37,246 nucleotides of DNA from Catajapyx aquilonaris (lineage: Eukaryota): contig JYFJ02003818.1 in assembly GCA_000934665.2 (NCBI GenBank), positions 1 through 37,246 on the forward strand, in the 5' to 3' direction. The position numbers were made by a program, and so were the translations under genes. Shown piece after piece: positions 25,641-36,438 of the stretch (its first letter is position 1; each line of letters begins with the position of its first letter). The notes below the pieces were generated by a model. The model saw nothing but the letters and a program-made list of their open reading frames with translations. It had not been told where the DNA came from and searched no databases.

Positions 25641-26128
25641 TTGTGTATATAAGGGGGGGCTTAGGATGGCCCTCCCAAAAGGTGATTCAAAGGAGCCGCT
25701 TTGGCCCCAGCGTAGTGCCGGCGCCAACATCCGCCGACCATGCTAAACTCGCCTGTCTGCTTGCCAGCCTCCAGCTTCACCTGGGATATATATTGATGGG
25801 TGTCTCTTTCTTGCCCCGGGCAGGATTACATGCATTGCGGTGCGGTAACAAGAGAATGGAGAGTGAAAATGGAGCGAGATTAATTGCCACTGCGAATCTG
25901 GCTTCTCTTCACAAGTGCATTCCGATTGTACAACCTGGTCTGGCTACTTGTCATGATCTATGATCATCAATATATGGTGCCCTGAAAGTTCACATTTCAT
26001 TGAGTGTGGGCATTAGGTAAAAATTAGCAGGAAATAATAAAGGTGCATTTTGTATGGGTATATGCCTTCTGATGGTATCGCGACGCAGGCGCAATGGGAC
26101 TGGAGGCAGCGCCTCTGGTGGCAGCTGA

Positions 26129-26176
26129 GCGGGGGAACACCCCCGCACCCAGTGAGCGCTTCGATGCTTTTCCTAG
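26129..26176 (+). mobile_element. Candidate Helitron 3' terminus
   Basis: GC hairpin gcggggg-aaca-cccccgc (26129-26146) followed by CTAG (26173-26176) and a T-run. The spacing is longer than canonical. Confidence 0.35.
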
Positions 26177-27552
26177 TTTTTATCTACAACTAGGCACCAT
26201 ATTTTGTGTGAATTCATGTTAAAATTATGAAAAAATCTCATAACTAACAATGTACAAGAAGCTCTCATTTTTCACAATGGCCCGTTGAGAACTGTACACA
26301 TTTCCTCCCTATGTGGGTGGTATTATGCAGAGGCATGTTCGATGAAAAGTTAGCTTTTCAACTGTACTGTAAAAGTGAGTAATGTTACCCAGGGAAGTAA
26401 ATATTGCGTATAATAGCGTTATGTCACCAAACGTGTCGCATTTTCATACCTCACAAGTCCAGCTGAACAAAAGGAATGCTTTTGTAACATTACGGGGTGG
26501 GTATATAAACAGCTACCGACTCTTTTTTTATTATTTGGTACGTGACATACCAAACGATTGTTGTCACGTTCCCAAAGAGACAACAGTTATATATTAAAGC
26601 AGACCCGTTTGCTTGTTGAGAATCTGTCTACTTTGTCTCATTTTCCTTTGGCGGACGATATGAACTTTTCTCTCTGTCAAATTTGATATGGAAGGCTAAT
26701 CAAGACCCTGCAATTTTCAAGCTCTGTAAATATCAAGTGTCCCCAACATTTCCCTGGGAAGGTCTATTCCCCTAGCATGGTCCAAACTCTGCACGTAATT
26801 AAATGAAAGCCGGAATTATTGTGGCAAACTGCAGAGTGCCTGAGAAACACTCAATTTGCTGGTTACTAATAGCACAGCATGCCCTCTGCAAACTCGTAAT
26901 TATTATAATTGTTTGCCTTGTTATTGAATTAGTTTATTTTGCGCTCAAAAGAGCCTGCCGGGCAGCAGCAGCCGGAGAGCTACACGCGCATTTTACCTCT
27001 TTTTACCCTCTAGAAACTTTCAGGAAGGCATTCATTATGACGATCAAATTTTAAACTACCCGTTTTACTGGGGGTCAAATTCTCGCAACTTTAGAGAGCC
27101 ATCTGTCCATGCAAACTGACATTTTTGACCAGATGACCCCAAAAACATTGCCGGTTTTGCATCACACTCTTCTCTAGAGAAGGTAAAAAAAGAGAGGCAC
27201 TTTTACCTTATATTTTACAAGGTAATACATGAAAAAGTTACCCTATAATAATTATTCCCCCCTGCAGAGGGGAATAATCCAATTAGCTCTATTCAAACCC
27301 TGCATTATGTACAAATGATGCCAGAAATTTGAATTTAATTATGTCTGAAAAATGAATTTACTGGATTAAACTTTAAATTAAACTATTTATTTTATTACTT
27401 GTTATTATTACTTGGGACGTAACTCCAACTGAAATATTGTATTGTTATTATCACTTTGAATTCTTTGAGGTTACACGCTGATAATATGAATATATTTAAT
27501 GCAGTTTATAGTCAGAAAAAATTCAACCATTTCCATATTCATACAGGAAAAT

Positions 27553-27615
27553 GTGTAGGTGAGAAATGTCACCAATAAGTGGCCTAAAGTCAAATGTGAC
27601 ATATTTCACCTACAC
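27553..27615. repeat. Imperfect inverted repeat, 20-bp arms
   Basis: gtgtaggtgagaaatgtcac / gtgacatatttcacctacac, 18/20. Confidence 0.8.
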
Positions 27616-27655
27616 TAGTTTTATAAACAGAAGTCATTGATTTTTGATCTGCGTC

Positions 27656-27695
27656 ATCATGGTCACTGGCCAGGTGCATGGCCAGTGACCATGAT
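27656..27695. repeat. Perfect hairpin, 17-bp arms, 6-nt loop
   Basis: atcatggtcactggcca-ggtgca-tggccagtgaccatgat. Confidence 0.95.
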
Positions 27696-28049
27696 TCCAA
27701 ATTCATACCGACTATAATTTTGCAAAAATTATCATGTTTTAAATATTATATCCAGTCACCACGATACGGTAAAACCCCAGCTCAGTTGCACCCAAATGAA
27801 TAATAATGAGCAGCCATTTTTTCCACCATAAATTACAAACCGTTGAAAAAACGCAAGTGGATAAAAATTGCGAAAAAAAAGCGGAAAAGTGGGAGGTAAA
27901 GGCCACAAGGCCACCAATGAAAGTGGAAGGTACTTTTCAAGCTGCGTGACCTGGAAGGTTGTGGTAGCGGATGGGGGCCAAGTGGACCAGCCCGTGGGCA
28001 GTACCATGCCCGCCCCTGATAATCATGCTTCTGCATGCATGGTGATACA

Positions 28050-28400
28050 AATCTTCCTGTTTGGATATACACACATTTCAAACTAAAAATGGTGGAGGAA
28101 AAAGAGAGAGAGGTGGAGTGAGTTTGACAGGTCAACTGCTACATGTGTCGGTTCGTTTTAAAACCATTTGTACGGCAGGCCAGGCGGGGAAATCGGACAT
28201 GTTGTGCCGGAGGACAATGAGCATCCCTTGGGCTCTTGCACGAGACGCACGAATAAAAAGGATTACCGGAGCGTGGACTGGCGACACACTATGCGCCGAG
28301 TCTTGAATCAGGCTTTATGTGAATCTTTTGTGGCCAGAATAATAGGAAGTGGTTCGACCCACGCGATCAAGATGCATGACAACAGCGATGGGGATGACAT
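28050..28400 (+). mobile_element. Decayed hAT-type transposase N-terminus (BED zinc finger)
   Basis: PVWIYTHFKLK...QVNCYMCRFVLK, then KSDML / NEHP, then LNQALCESFVAR. Compare S.VW.hF...v.C..C....g.Ts.l.rHl...Hp and the following hAT helix. Confidence 0.45.
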
Positions 28401-28489
28401 GACTGAAATTCCAGTATGTCGCAATGTATCAGTGAATTCTGATCTGAACCCTCAGAAATTATGAGTTCAGAATTTCAGAATTTCAGGTA

Positions 28490-28770
28490 CACAGAGAAAA
28501 ATGGATGGGGATGCCCAGTCGAATGACTAGGATCGTTAGTCTATTGCCTACCCTCCCGAGTCAGATGACTAGCGCTAGTCAATGTACTGGTGCGCTAGTC
28601 GAGAGACTAGTGCCACTGGTCAGCTGACGAGTCTCGATAGGGCTAGTAGGCTGACTATAGCTTGGGCTTGTCAAGTGACCATCCCCCTAGTCCTGTGCTG
28701 ACTTGAGCGAAATCCCAACTGGTCACTTGACTAGTTGCATAGGCAGTGGACTAGTTGCATAGACAGTTGC
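28490..28770 (+). mobile_element. CACA-ended (EnSpm/CMC-like) non-autonomous element, single end, copy A
   Basis: TA|cacagagaaaaatggatgggg... The first about 165 bp match 36223-36387 with 4 substitutions plus 18-bp and 15-bp indels. Rich in ctag/gtca motifs, ending in a 20-bp tandem gactagttgcatagRcagt. Confidence 0.75.
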
Positions 28771-29339
28771 CCTTCAACAAAAAGTTCAGCTTTACACATA
28801 TATATGATATTTAAAAATTGCGCGTATGTTGAAAGGCAAAATAATAGCCAATCCTAATCGCCTATAATTTTTTTGTAAGAACTGTTACCAACTGCATGGT
28901 ATTGTTCTTGTTCAGGTATTCCCGCCGTTCGTTTTTAGTACGATATTTACATTGTAAACTCTTTATAAGCGTTTGTTATTGCATTTCGGGAATGCAGGCT
29001 GAATGCAACAATAAATAAACAGAGGTTAGCGCATTTATGACGAGAAATGCACAACTGTAATACAATTTCGTAGTGTAAACATAAACATGCACGGTTCATT
29101 CAGCAACTTTGAAAGCAACAATATCGTTTCTATTGCTTACGATGCACGACTGAAATATTCATAGCTTAATCCTTTAGCGATTTCAACAACATGTTAGTAA
29201 AATATTTTAACTGACATTTAATTCGACTCAAATATCAAAAAAAGCAATCTAAAATTTAAAGAAGCCGAAACCACTGAATATATGTCAAAACTTGAACTTG
29301 GCATATGCCTTACAAATGGCAGCAAAATTATCCGCCACT

Positions 29340-29680
29340 GAACTCCAGCATGATTCAACCTCACGCTATAACCATGCTGAATCCATCAAACCACCCTCGG
29401 TGTTCCAACCCACATTCTGGCAATATCCCAACCCCAGCAATAACTCCGATACTGTCACAATAAGGCATTATTTTGCCTCCTGTCACCTCGCAACAAAAAT
29501 TGTCTCCAAAAATATATCCTTTAGATGTAATCCGCTGCTCTCTGCCATAACAGCCACGCCTTTTCTATGCAGTCTAACTTATGCAGATATCCAGGCAAAG
29601 TTTATGACCTTAGTCTCCTTGATAATGAATATGGAGGTTGAAGCCCAGAGTTACATTTTGGGGACATCGGTTTAATCAAT
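29340..29680 (+). mobile_element. Decayed non-LTR (RTE-like) RT core fragment
   Basis: LGVPTHILAI (alternate frame), then CNPLLSAI...LTYADIQ...LVSLIMNMEVEAQSYIL in the 127-aa ORF. Compare Gvp..li.ii, LSPlLF.i, L.YADD, Lq.ll..le.ea..yGl. Confidence 0.4.
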
Positions 29681-30749
29681 GTCATTCATTAAATATATTT
29701 TTACACTGATTGGTCGTACATGGCCACTAGTGCGAGGTTTTGACCCCTCCCCCCCCCAAAAAAAAAAATTGTCAGCAATTCTTCTGCACCTTGACAAGTT
29801 TTTATGCTTGGGGAACACCGGTGCTTTCATCAGAAATAATCGGGTTTATTCGAGGGTATTTCCTGCCTTGCGTGAGAGTTTCGGTCGTTTGGACCTGTCC
29901 ACACGAAAGGTAGGGACAAATACATTTATTTTATCGGAATTTATAACTCTTTTAGGCTCACTTTTATATGTAAATATGACAAATGGCCACCGCCGGGGAT
30001 TTAACGAGGAGTTTATTGCGACTTGAGGTTATATGGAGCAAAAGCAGGGGAGGGAAGCCATTCTTCCTTCGCATATGTCGTATAATTATCTCATATTAAT
30101 GCGAAGGTAAACAGGTAGAGGGTTATTATGATCTAATTACGGTTAAAGTCATGCATGTTTTTGCTGGGAGGGAAAATCGCGCTTGATAGCATTATCATAT
30201 TACAGCAATTATTTGGTAGAAACGTGAACAAATTGAGAAATTTTAATGGGTGACACATAAGTACATGTTGCGGTTATATCGTACGACCATCGCATGCAAA
30301 GAGATATGCATCTTGTAAGTACACTTATTGAAGTGCACTTTTTTGAAGGTAATAATAACGTAAAACTAATATTGACATTTGATTCCATAACCCTTCTTAG
30401 TACAAACCTAAGACAATACCATTATTCGTTAGGGTATAGTTCAACCGCAATTTCTGGTTGAATAAACTAGTACAGCACCAAGCCTTTTTTTTAAAGTAAA
30501 AAAATTACAACGTGTAATTTCTTACACTCTCACTAATTTAAGCAATATTTTTATATCCTCGTTACTCCATCACATGAAGCCTTCGGTGCTAACTTTATAC
30601 CCGTGCGTTAATATGGGAAAAAGTTATATGGCGCTCAGTATGTGGCACCACCCCAGGAGATTTTGAGCCCTGAGAACTCTACAAAAAAAATGAGGTTTTT
30701 AAAGCTAATGAAGGTTCTGTCAGTGCCGAAAGGAAGTGATCGATAAAAA

Positions 30750-30803
30750 TCCCCCCCTCCCCCTTTCCCCCCTTTTCCCTCCCTATCTCCCCCCTATTCT
30801 CCA
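30750..30803. repeat. Polypyrimidine C-run tract (G-quadruplex-capable on minus strand)
   Basis: tccccccctccccctttccccccttttccctccctatctcccccctattctcc. Confidence 0.8.
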
Positions 30804-31106
30804 GCACACATCAAGTTAACTTCCTCTGCACACACACACACCCTCCTCATCTGCCTTGCAAAGTGTCACTCTTTGTGTCCAGATCGGATTCAAGGGACGT
30901 CACACATCTTTGAGAGTCAATATCACCACAGAAAGACCGCCGACATCCAATGAAAACGCGACTTAAATATGTAGAGGACACACACATACTCGAGTAATTT
31001 TCGGTTCAATATTTTTGATAAATTTGACTGAAACACAACTTGATATTTGATATTTGATATTTTCTATCTCAAAAAATCGTTGGAGTTGAGTTTTAAACTG
31101 AAAAAT

Positions 31107-31850
31107 TCACTTCCAAAAACCGCCATTTTCCAGACTTCTAACTGACATCCCCCGCCACGTGGTCCTTTCATCCATCCATGACACCCACATCTCTAGTCTG
31201 TCCAAAAGTCCCCTTTGGTCAGAGGCCGTGGCCCCTTTTCCTTCGTTCCAACCGGAGCGCATCCCAGACTTCCCTCCGGCATTGTTCCGGGACAAAGCCT
31301 AAACAAAGAGCCAGTGGAAAAGGCCCTGATTACGGTTTGCTGTACCCTCCTGACTATTCTGTGGGTCGTTTCCACCCCAGCAGAATCACTGAAGAAGCGT
31401 CCTCCCCCTCAGCTTCCGGTGGCCCATCCGATTTGAAAATATGGAACCACCGCCATGACAGTCTAGGGGTTGTCGACAAATGATGGACACAGACCTTCTT
31501 TTTCATCACTGTTGGCCCCAGCTAGTCGGACCTCCTGCAGAGTGCGCGTTCCTCTGTTTACATTAGTCCCAGAAAGAAAACCATGGGGGCGCCTTACCTC
31601 CTGTTTGCAGGTAATGGCTCACTCACCCTCAGAATTTTTGGTGGGCAAAATTAGGAACCACGGTAGCATTCCCAAAATACCCGACCCCAACCCCCATGGA
31701 ATTTTGGAAGTGTCTTCTCACGTGTTTATACGTTTTCGAAGAAAGAATAATGATTGGGTTGGACCTTTGTCTTGTTGACCCAAAGTCTTAGGCATTCTAA
31801 GACAATTCATCCGTGGTTCATTAGGGCTTCTTTTTCCAAAGGCATGTGAG
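31107..31850 (-). mobile_element. Decayed DIRS/Ngaro RT-RNase H fragment
   Basis: In order: DKGPTQSLFFLRKRINT (cf. K.eGPtt.ltFLGieiDt), LSWRWFHIF (cf. dL.WW..Fl), RFFSDSAG (cf. lyTDASG), TWRGMSVRS / KMAVF (cf. W.gk.v...cDNmAVV). Confidence 0.6.
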
Positions 31851-32072
31851 TTTGAGTTGGCCACTTTTTACCCTTCTTGCGACGAGCAAACGTGTGCCAG
31901 GAATGTTCAATCGAATCACCCAGCAGAGGGCAGCACTGGAAAGACCATAATTTGTTATATATTGTGTGCACCGCGTAATTTTAAATAAATTTAATATTAT
32001 TTTTGAAATCCTGCAACAATGGTGTTGTCCAGTAGCCGCGTCCAGTTCCCCCTGCAGTGATGATTCTATTTA

Positions 32073-32105
32073 CTAAGTGGGACGTTGGTTTCTCGTCCCA
32101 CTTAG
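32073..32105. repeat. Perfect hairpin, 12-bp arms
   Basis: ctaagtgggacg-ttggtttct-cgtcccacttag. Confidence 0.9.
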
Positions 32106-32457
32106 GACTGGCTGAATGAGCCCAGACAATTCCCCAATCGGGCTTTCCATTAAGCGAGGAGGAAATGGGGAAGAGAGATGGTATGGTTTTGAGGGTCCTC
32201 TTTCCCCATATATACGGTCCCTAGGAATGGGCCAGAACGGAAGAACTCGTGTCACTGGAATGAGGGAGAGCACGTGATTTATTCAGAGGCATTTACGCAG
32301 GCTAATGTCCATTGTTGCCAATATGATCACCAGAAAAAAAAACACACCATATATCATTATTGTGGGTAATTTATCAATCTGTACATGAGCGGTTCTAAGA
32401 ATAAAACTTAAGTTGCGTGCGCCTTACACGCCGCAATTACTCTGACACACAGTGTCA

Positions 32458-32900
32458 AGTGCTCGTGTGTACCTTGATCTAACGCTGCAGGTGGTCAGAA
32501 AAAGCCGAGGTCAGGCTGATTCCAAGCCATGATATGACCTGGCAGGAAGTAAATATTTCATCACGCATGTGCACAAGTTTCTGGCTAGATAGGAGTGACA
32601 CTGGGGAGGGATATATGGCACAAGAAGATGATATGTGCCCATGGGTGCGACGGTTTTATGCGGTGACTCGTCATGCCTCAGCATGACAATAAGAGAAACG
32701 GAAGTGTCCCCTCATCTGTATAACAATATTTTCATAAGCGCGTGAACAGGGACTAAAAATGGACGGCGAGTGCAGCCATCACTTAAGACCGTTGTGAAGT
32801 TACGACCAGGCTGAGTTGTTGAATGGAAAATGCGGAGCGTATATGGTTGTAAGTCATCGCCCGAGCCCGAGATAATGTCGCCTAGGGGGCATCACGGAAT
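32458..32900 (+). mobile_element. Decayed Ty3/Gypsy reverse transcriptase fragment
   Basis: One frame with stops: ARVYLDLT ... DLAGSKYF ... RR*YVPMG ... LYNNIFISA ... VKLRPG. Compare iRlClD, .L.gakyFsklD, ry.rlPmG, Y.DDili.g, gvkL...K. Confidence 0.55.
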
Positions 32901-33125
32901 GCAAGATACCCCTATTGTTGAAAAGAGAAACGGAGGCCGAGGTAGCACATCATGTTGATGACGATGTTTGGGTAGACAAGCAGCCATTTTTATGCCACAT
33001 GTGTTGAGACCCAAGATGTCTATCTGATCGCACGTCTTCATTCGGTCAAGAAATTGGCCACGAGAGCCGGTATACTGACCCCCCAACCCTGATCAGAATA
33101 TTAACTGTTGGTCAATTTTTTCAGT

Positions 33126-33190
33126 CATTTCTGACTTTGTGAAATACACCAGACCTTTTCTCCTGGCCCTGGGCAGAGTAGGGAGTGCAA
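33126..33190 (+). repeat. Dispersed about 63-bp repeat, copy 2
   Basis: catttctgac...acaccagaccttttctcctggccctgggcagagtagggagtgcaa, matching 3981-4043. Confidence 0.85.
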
Positions 33191-33864
33191 TTCTGCCCAC
33201 CAAACTGTAGTTAAAGAGCAACAGTAGTCTGGAAGTGAGGTAGGTAGCTAGGAATGCAAATACACATTTTTTTTACCTACCACCCCACATTTACAAGGGT
33301 GATCCTCATAATATCCATCTCTAGTCCCAAATAATGCCGTCCTGTCCTGTCCAGCTAGCGGTGGCGGCCAGCTAATGATGTCTGGCACCCTAACAGACGC
33401 AATAAACCCTCGGAAGAATAGCCCCCTCTGCCGAAGAAGGAGGAGCTCAGGTAGGCCCCAACAGAAAGCAGCTTGTCAACCGCTTGTAAAACTGTTTGCA
33501 CAATGGCTGGCAGGGGGGGTTACCTGGCTCCAAGCGGGGTCAAGTAGCCCCTCTTTGTCTTCCAAACGGATTGGCACATGACCACTCTTTCTTTAGGGGG
33601 GTGAGTATTATTTCTACCTGGGGTTTTGGGGGTCCCTACCTACCTGTTATTTCTCTTTCCAATGCCCCCCTGAGGGGGTGGTGTAAAAACGCCGGACTGG
33701 GATGTAAATCAGTTTGGAAGAACATTCAATCAGCAGGACCAGTGTTGGCCCATAGTTGAATTTACGACACGGAAAATCACCAAGTAATAACACATAATAG
33801 AGCAATTTACATGGGACAAACGTGTATCTTGCCCAAATTGTAAATGCCTGTTAAAGATCGTTGA

Positions 33865-34450
33865 TTGTTGAGACAAGCTAGGGTTTATGAATGCAAGGCA
33901 TCAATTCTTTCAGTGATATCTGATTTAGCTAAGGTCCACCCCCATCAGAAACCCCCCCCCCAAAAAAAAACCAACAATACAATAAAAGAAGGGGAGGAAA
34001 TAAAAGGTGCAATCCTTACACAGCCATCCCTGTTCTTCAATGTGTAATTAACTTTTTGCTCCCCCTTGTATATAAATTCGATGGGTCCGATATGTTGAAA
34101 ATGCGCGCAACAATTTGCCATTGGCCCTTAATTAACCATTGAACATCCCAAAATCCACCTCCCACAGAAGCAGTCGCAATGTTTTAATTATCCACCTAGA
34201 GGGTGCAAAATAAGCAAATAATGAACATTGCAGGCCTGTGGGGCAAGTGCCCTGAGCCCTTACGTGATTACAAATCGGATCTGTCGCCCAGCTAAATACA
34301 CCACGCGTATTACCATAGATCGATGGAAGGTTGGAAAGGGGAAAAAATTTGGAAAAAAAGTAGGAAAGTGCTTGAGGATTAATTTTGCAAAAATGTAGCT
34401 GGTGCAACTCCTTGGGGCATCATCAGGCTAGTGGATGTACTGATTCGGAT
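33865..34450 (+). mobile_element. Possible decayed RTE-like RT fragment
   Basis: IKEG..IKGAILTQPSLFFNV (cf. GvrQGciLSP.LFN), GCKISK**T (cf. Gl.in..KT), KYTTRITID...KKVGKC..NFAKM (cf. kYLGs.it.Dg...ri.kA...F..m). Confidence 0.35.
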
Positions 34451-34535
34451 CAACAATTATATACAGTACTGACTTGTAGACGGTACATCGTTCATATGGT
34501 ACATCAATAACAGTAGAAAAATGCGCAATTGTCAC

Positions 34536-34586
34536 GGGGGCCAATATTCCGGGGGCGAAATGGCGGGGGCGAAAAGTCCGGATCCC
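34536..34586. repeat. About 15-bp G-rich subterminal repeats ending in GGATCCC (MULE-like MITE end, tentative)
   Basis: gggggccaatattcc-gggggcgaaatggc-gggggcgaaaagtcc-ggatccc. Confidence 0.55.
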
Positions 34587-34681
34587 GTTTGGTCTACCCT
34601 ATATTGCAAATTTCAACCAAATATCGAAATATCTTTTGAATGTACTGTATATGTACTGTACTGTATATAGGACATATATAG

Positions 34682-34970
34682 GTGAAGGCACGCGGCGCCT
34701 GCCAAGTGCTGGGGCGCCATTCTTCAACAGCCCCCTGAGTTTCCTCCTCCCGTTTGGGAGTTTCACCGCAGGATTTCCTATAAATAATGGATGGTTTTGG
34801 TGGGGGTAAGGAGAAGGAGGGGGCTCTGCTGGCACTGCGTGTTGGCCCAATGCAGCTTCTTGGGAAGAGGCAGCTGGGCGCCGCTTGGTAACAGGCTGGG
34901 CTTGGCGGCGCATAACAAGGAGGTGTGCGAAGAAGACCCCCACACCCATATACCTCCTGGGATATATCCC
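34682..34970 (+). mobile_element. Decayed DIRS-type RT core fragment
   Basis: CQVLGRHSSTAP*VSS ... FL*IMDGFGGG ... RLGLAAHNKEVC..P..IPPG. Compare f.VLPFGlstAP.vF, vYlDDglgg, lG...n..Ks...P.....lG. Confidence 0.4.
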
Positions 34971-35060
34971 ATAAAAATATTCCATAGCTTTGTCTCACAC
35001 TGCACGGGGGGTCTGTCGTCCATATGCGATATGGAATAATCAAACAAAATATTGTGAAAA

Positions 35061-35300
35061 ATAATCATTGAATTCAAAGAAATTGGCCGCATGCCACTGA
35101 CCACCAGCACATATCAGCTGCCTCAAATTATTGCGGTTATCAAGAGTGTGAAAGTGGTGCAAGACAACAGACAGGAAAACCGCAAAGTAAATTTCGAGTC
35201 ATTATAGAGATCCATCACCCAGGAAATGCTTTGCACCTCCGCAAAAGATGGCCGGTAGTACAACCTGTTATTTGAAAGACAAAGGATCCTTCCAGATATG
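35061..35300 (+). mobile_element. Decayed Polinton/Maverick protein-primed DNA polymerase B C-terminus
   Basis: One frame with two stops: IIIEFKEIG..STYQ...VIKSVKVV..NRQENRKVNFESL* ... *YNLLFERQRILPD. Compare yI.EFvsgGPKnYay...vcKvkG.tlN..n...vNFesl ... Y.lvydKR.ilpD. Confidence 0.5.
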
Positions 35301-35521
35301 AAGAAGAATTCATGGAAGCGGAGTGGGATCAGAGGAAGTCAAGAAAACCGCAACTTTTTCAGTCATATTCCCAGATGGCATCGTCAGTTTGAGGAAGAGG
35401 CCTTCTTCACACATTTCTATGAAAAATGTGGCATTGATATGGTACACAGGTACAGGGTGAAACTTCTTCCGGATGTTCGAAAGATTTTAATTCTTACGTT
35501 CTATTTAAAATAAAATACAGG

Positions 35522-35547
35522 GGTCGAATTTTCGTGAAAATTCGACC
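35522..35547. repeat. Palindrome, 12-bp arms, 2-nt spacer
   Basis: ggtcgaattttc-gt-gaaaattcgacc. Confidence 0.9.
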
Positions 35548-35679
35548 TGATTTTTTTGTTTGAAATTGGTCGTATGAAATATTAGCATTGCCTTACAAGG
35601 ACCGCAACTTTCATCATGGGTGTGACAATTGCATCAGCATTCCGTGTGTGGACCGTTAGTTCTACTTGGCAAGAAATGT

Positions 35680-36190
35680 GACTTTTCCCACCCAGATAAT
35701 GAACTGCGTGGGTGTTGGCCCCATGTTCAGGTATACAAAAGCCTGCGTGAGTCTGGATTAGGTATAAGCTGACCACCTGCGAGGAGTCACGTCCTTCGCA
35801 CGAGCCCCGTATACTTGAAACCCCTAACTGTAATCAATTTAAAACTGGGCATAATGACCGGCAATTAAATATTTTCTAATTATCGTGACTTTGGGCCAGT
35901 TCGACCCCCCTCCGTTATCTGTAGGAGCCCATAAATTAGCTGGAGGATCGGTGCGACGACAATAATTAGCCTGTCCTATTGGCTCTTCCCTATTCCAGAT
36001 GGTAGTTGGCTCATAGCATCAACTACTCCCTATTCCCACCTACTTTTGACCTCCCGGGTGTAGGGGAGATGGCCTGACCACCTGACAGGTATCCATCGGG
36101 GATGATGAGCAGCAAATGGGCTCTTGCATGGGAGGGGTGGTCACCATTTCCTCTTGGGTTGAACCCACTTTTTTACAGCCTCGATGGATA
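35680..36190 (-). mobile_element. Decayed Ty3/Gypsy integrase core
   Basis: IHRGCK..MVTTPPMQEP..PMD / GHLPYT...GVVDAMSQLP ... YGLLQITEGGRTGP ... RWSAY...MGPTP. Compare yv.gC, p..Pf..v.mD, GpLP.T, vvVD.fSk.p, yGlP..ivSDnGp, dWd.yl, tG.TP. Confidence 0.55.
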
Positions 36191-36222
36191 TTGGTTAACT
36201 CAGGGTTTCACCTTTAATGCTG

Positions 36223-36387
36223 CATAGAGAAAAATGGATGGGGATGCCCAGTCGAATGACTAGGATGGTTAGTCTATTGCCTACCCTCCCGAGTCAGATG
36301 ACTAGTGCGCTAGTCGAGAGACTAGTGCCGCTGGTCAGCTGACGCGTCTCGAGTACTAGTCAGGCCCTAGGGCTAGTAGGCTGACTA
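36223..36387 (+). mobile_element. CACA-ended (EnSpm/CMC-like) non-autonomous element, single end, copy B
   Basis: catagagaaaaatggatggggatgcccagtcg...ctgacta is near-identical to 28490-28657. Confidence 0.8.
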
Positions 36388-36438
36388 GCAATTTTAGCGA
36401 TCAGTTTAACCATGGTTAAACTGATCGCTAAAATTGCT
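36387..36438. repeat. Perfect 52-bp palindrome with no spacer
   Basis: agcaattttagcgatcagtttaacca|tggttaaactgatcgctaaaattgct. Confidence 0.97.

Noticed and set aside
25179..25730. Longest ORF (183 aa, minus strand)
   Set aside because: No recognisable domain. It is antisense to the decayed Gypsy integrase on the plus strand.
34594..35110. Overlapping 110-149 aa minus-strand ORFs
   Set aside because: Antisense shadows of a GC-rich DIRS-like RT relic.
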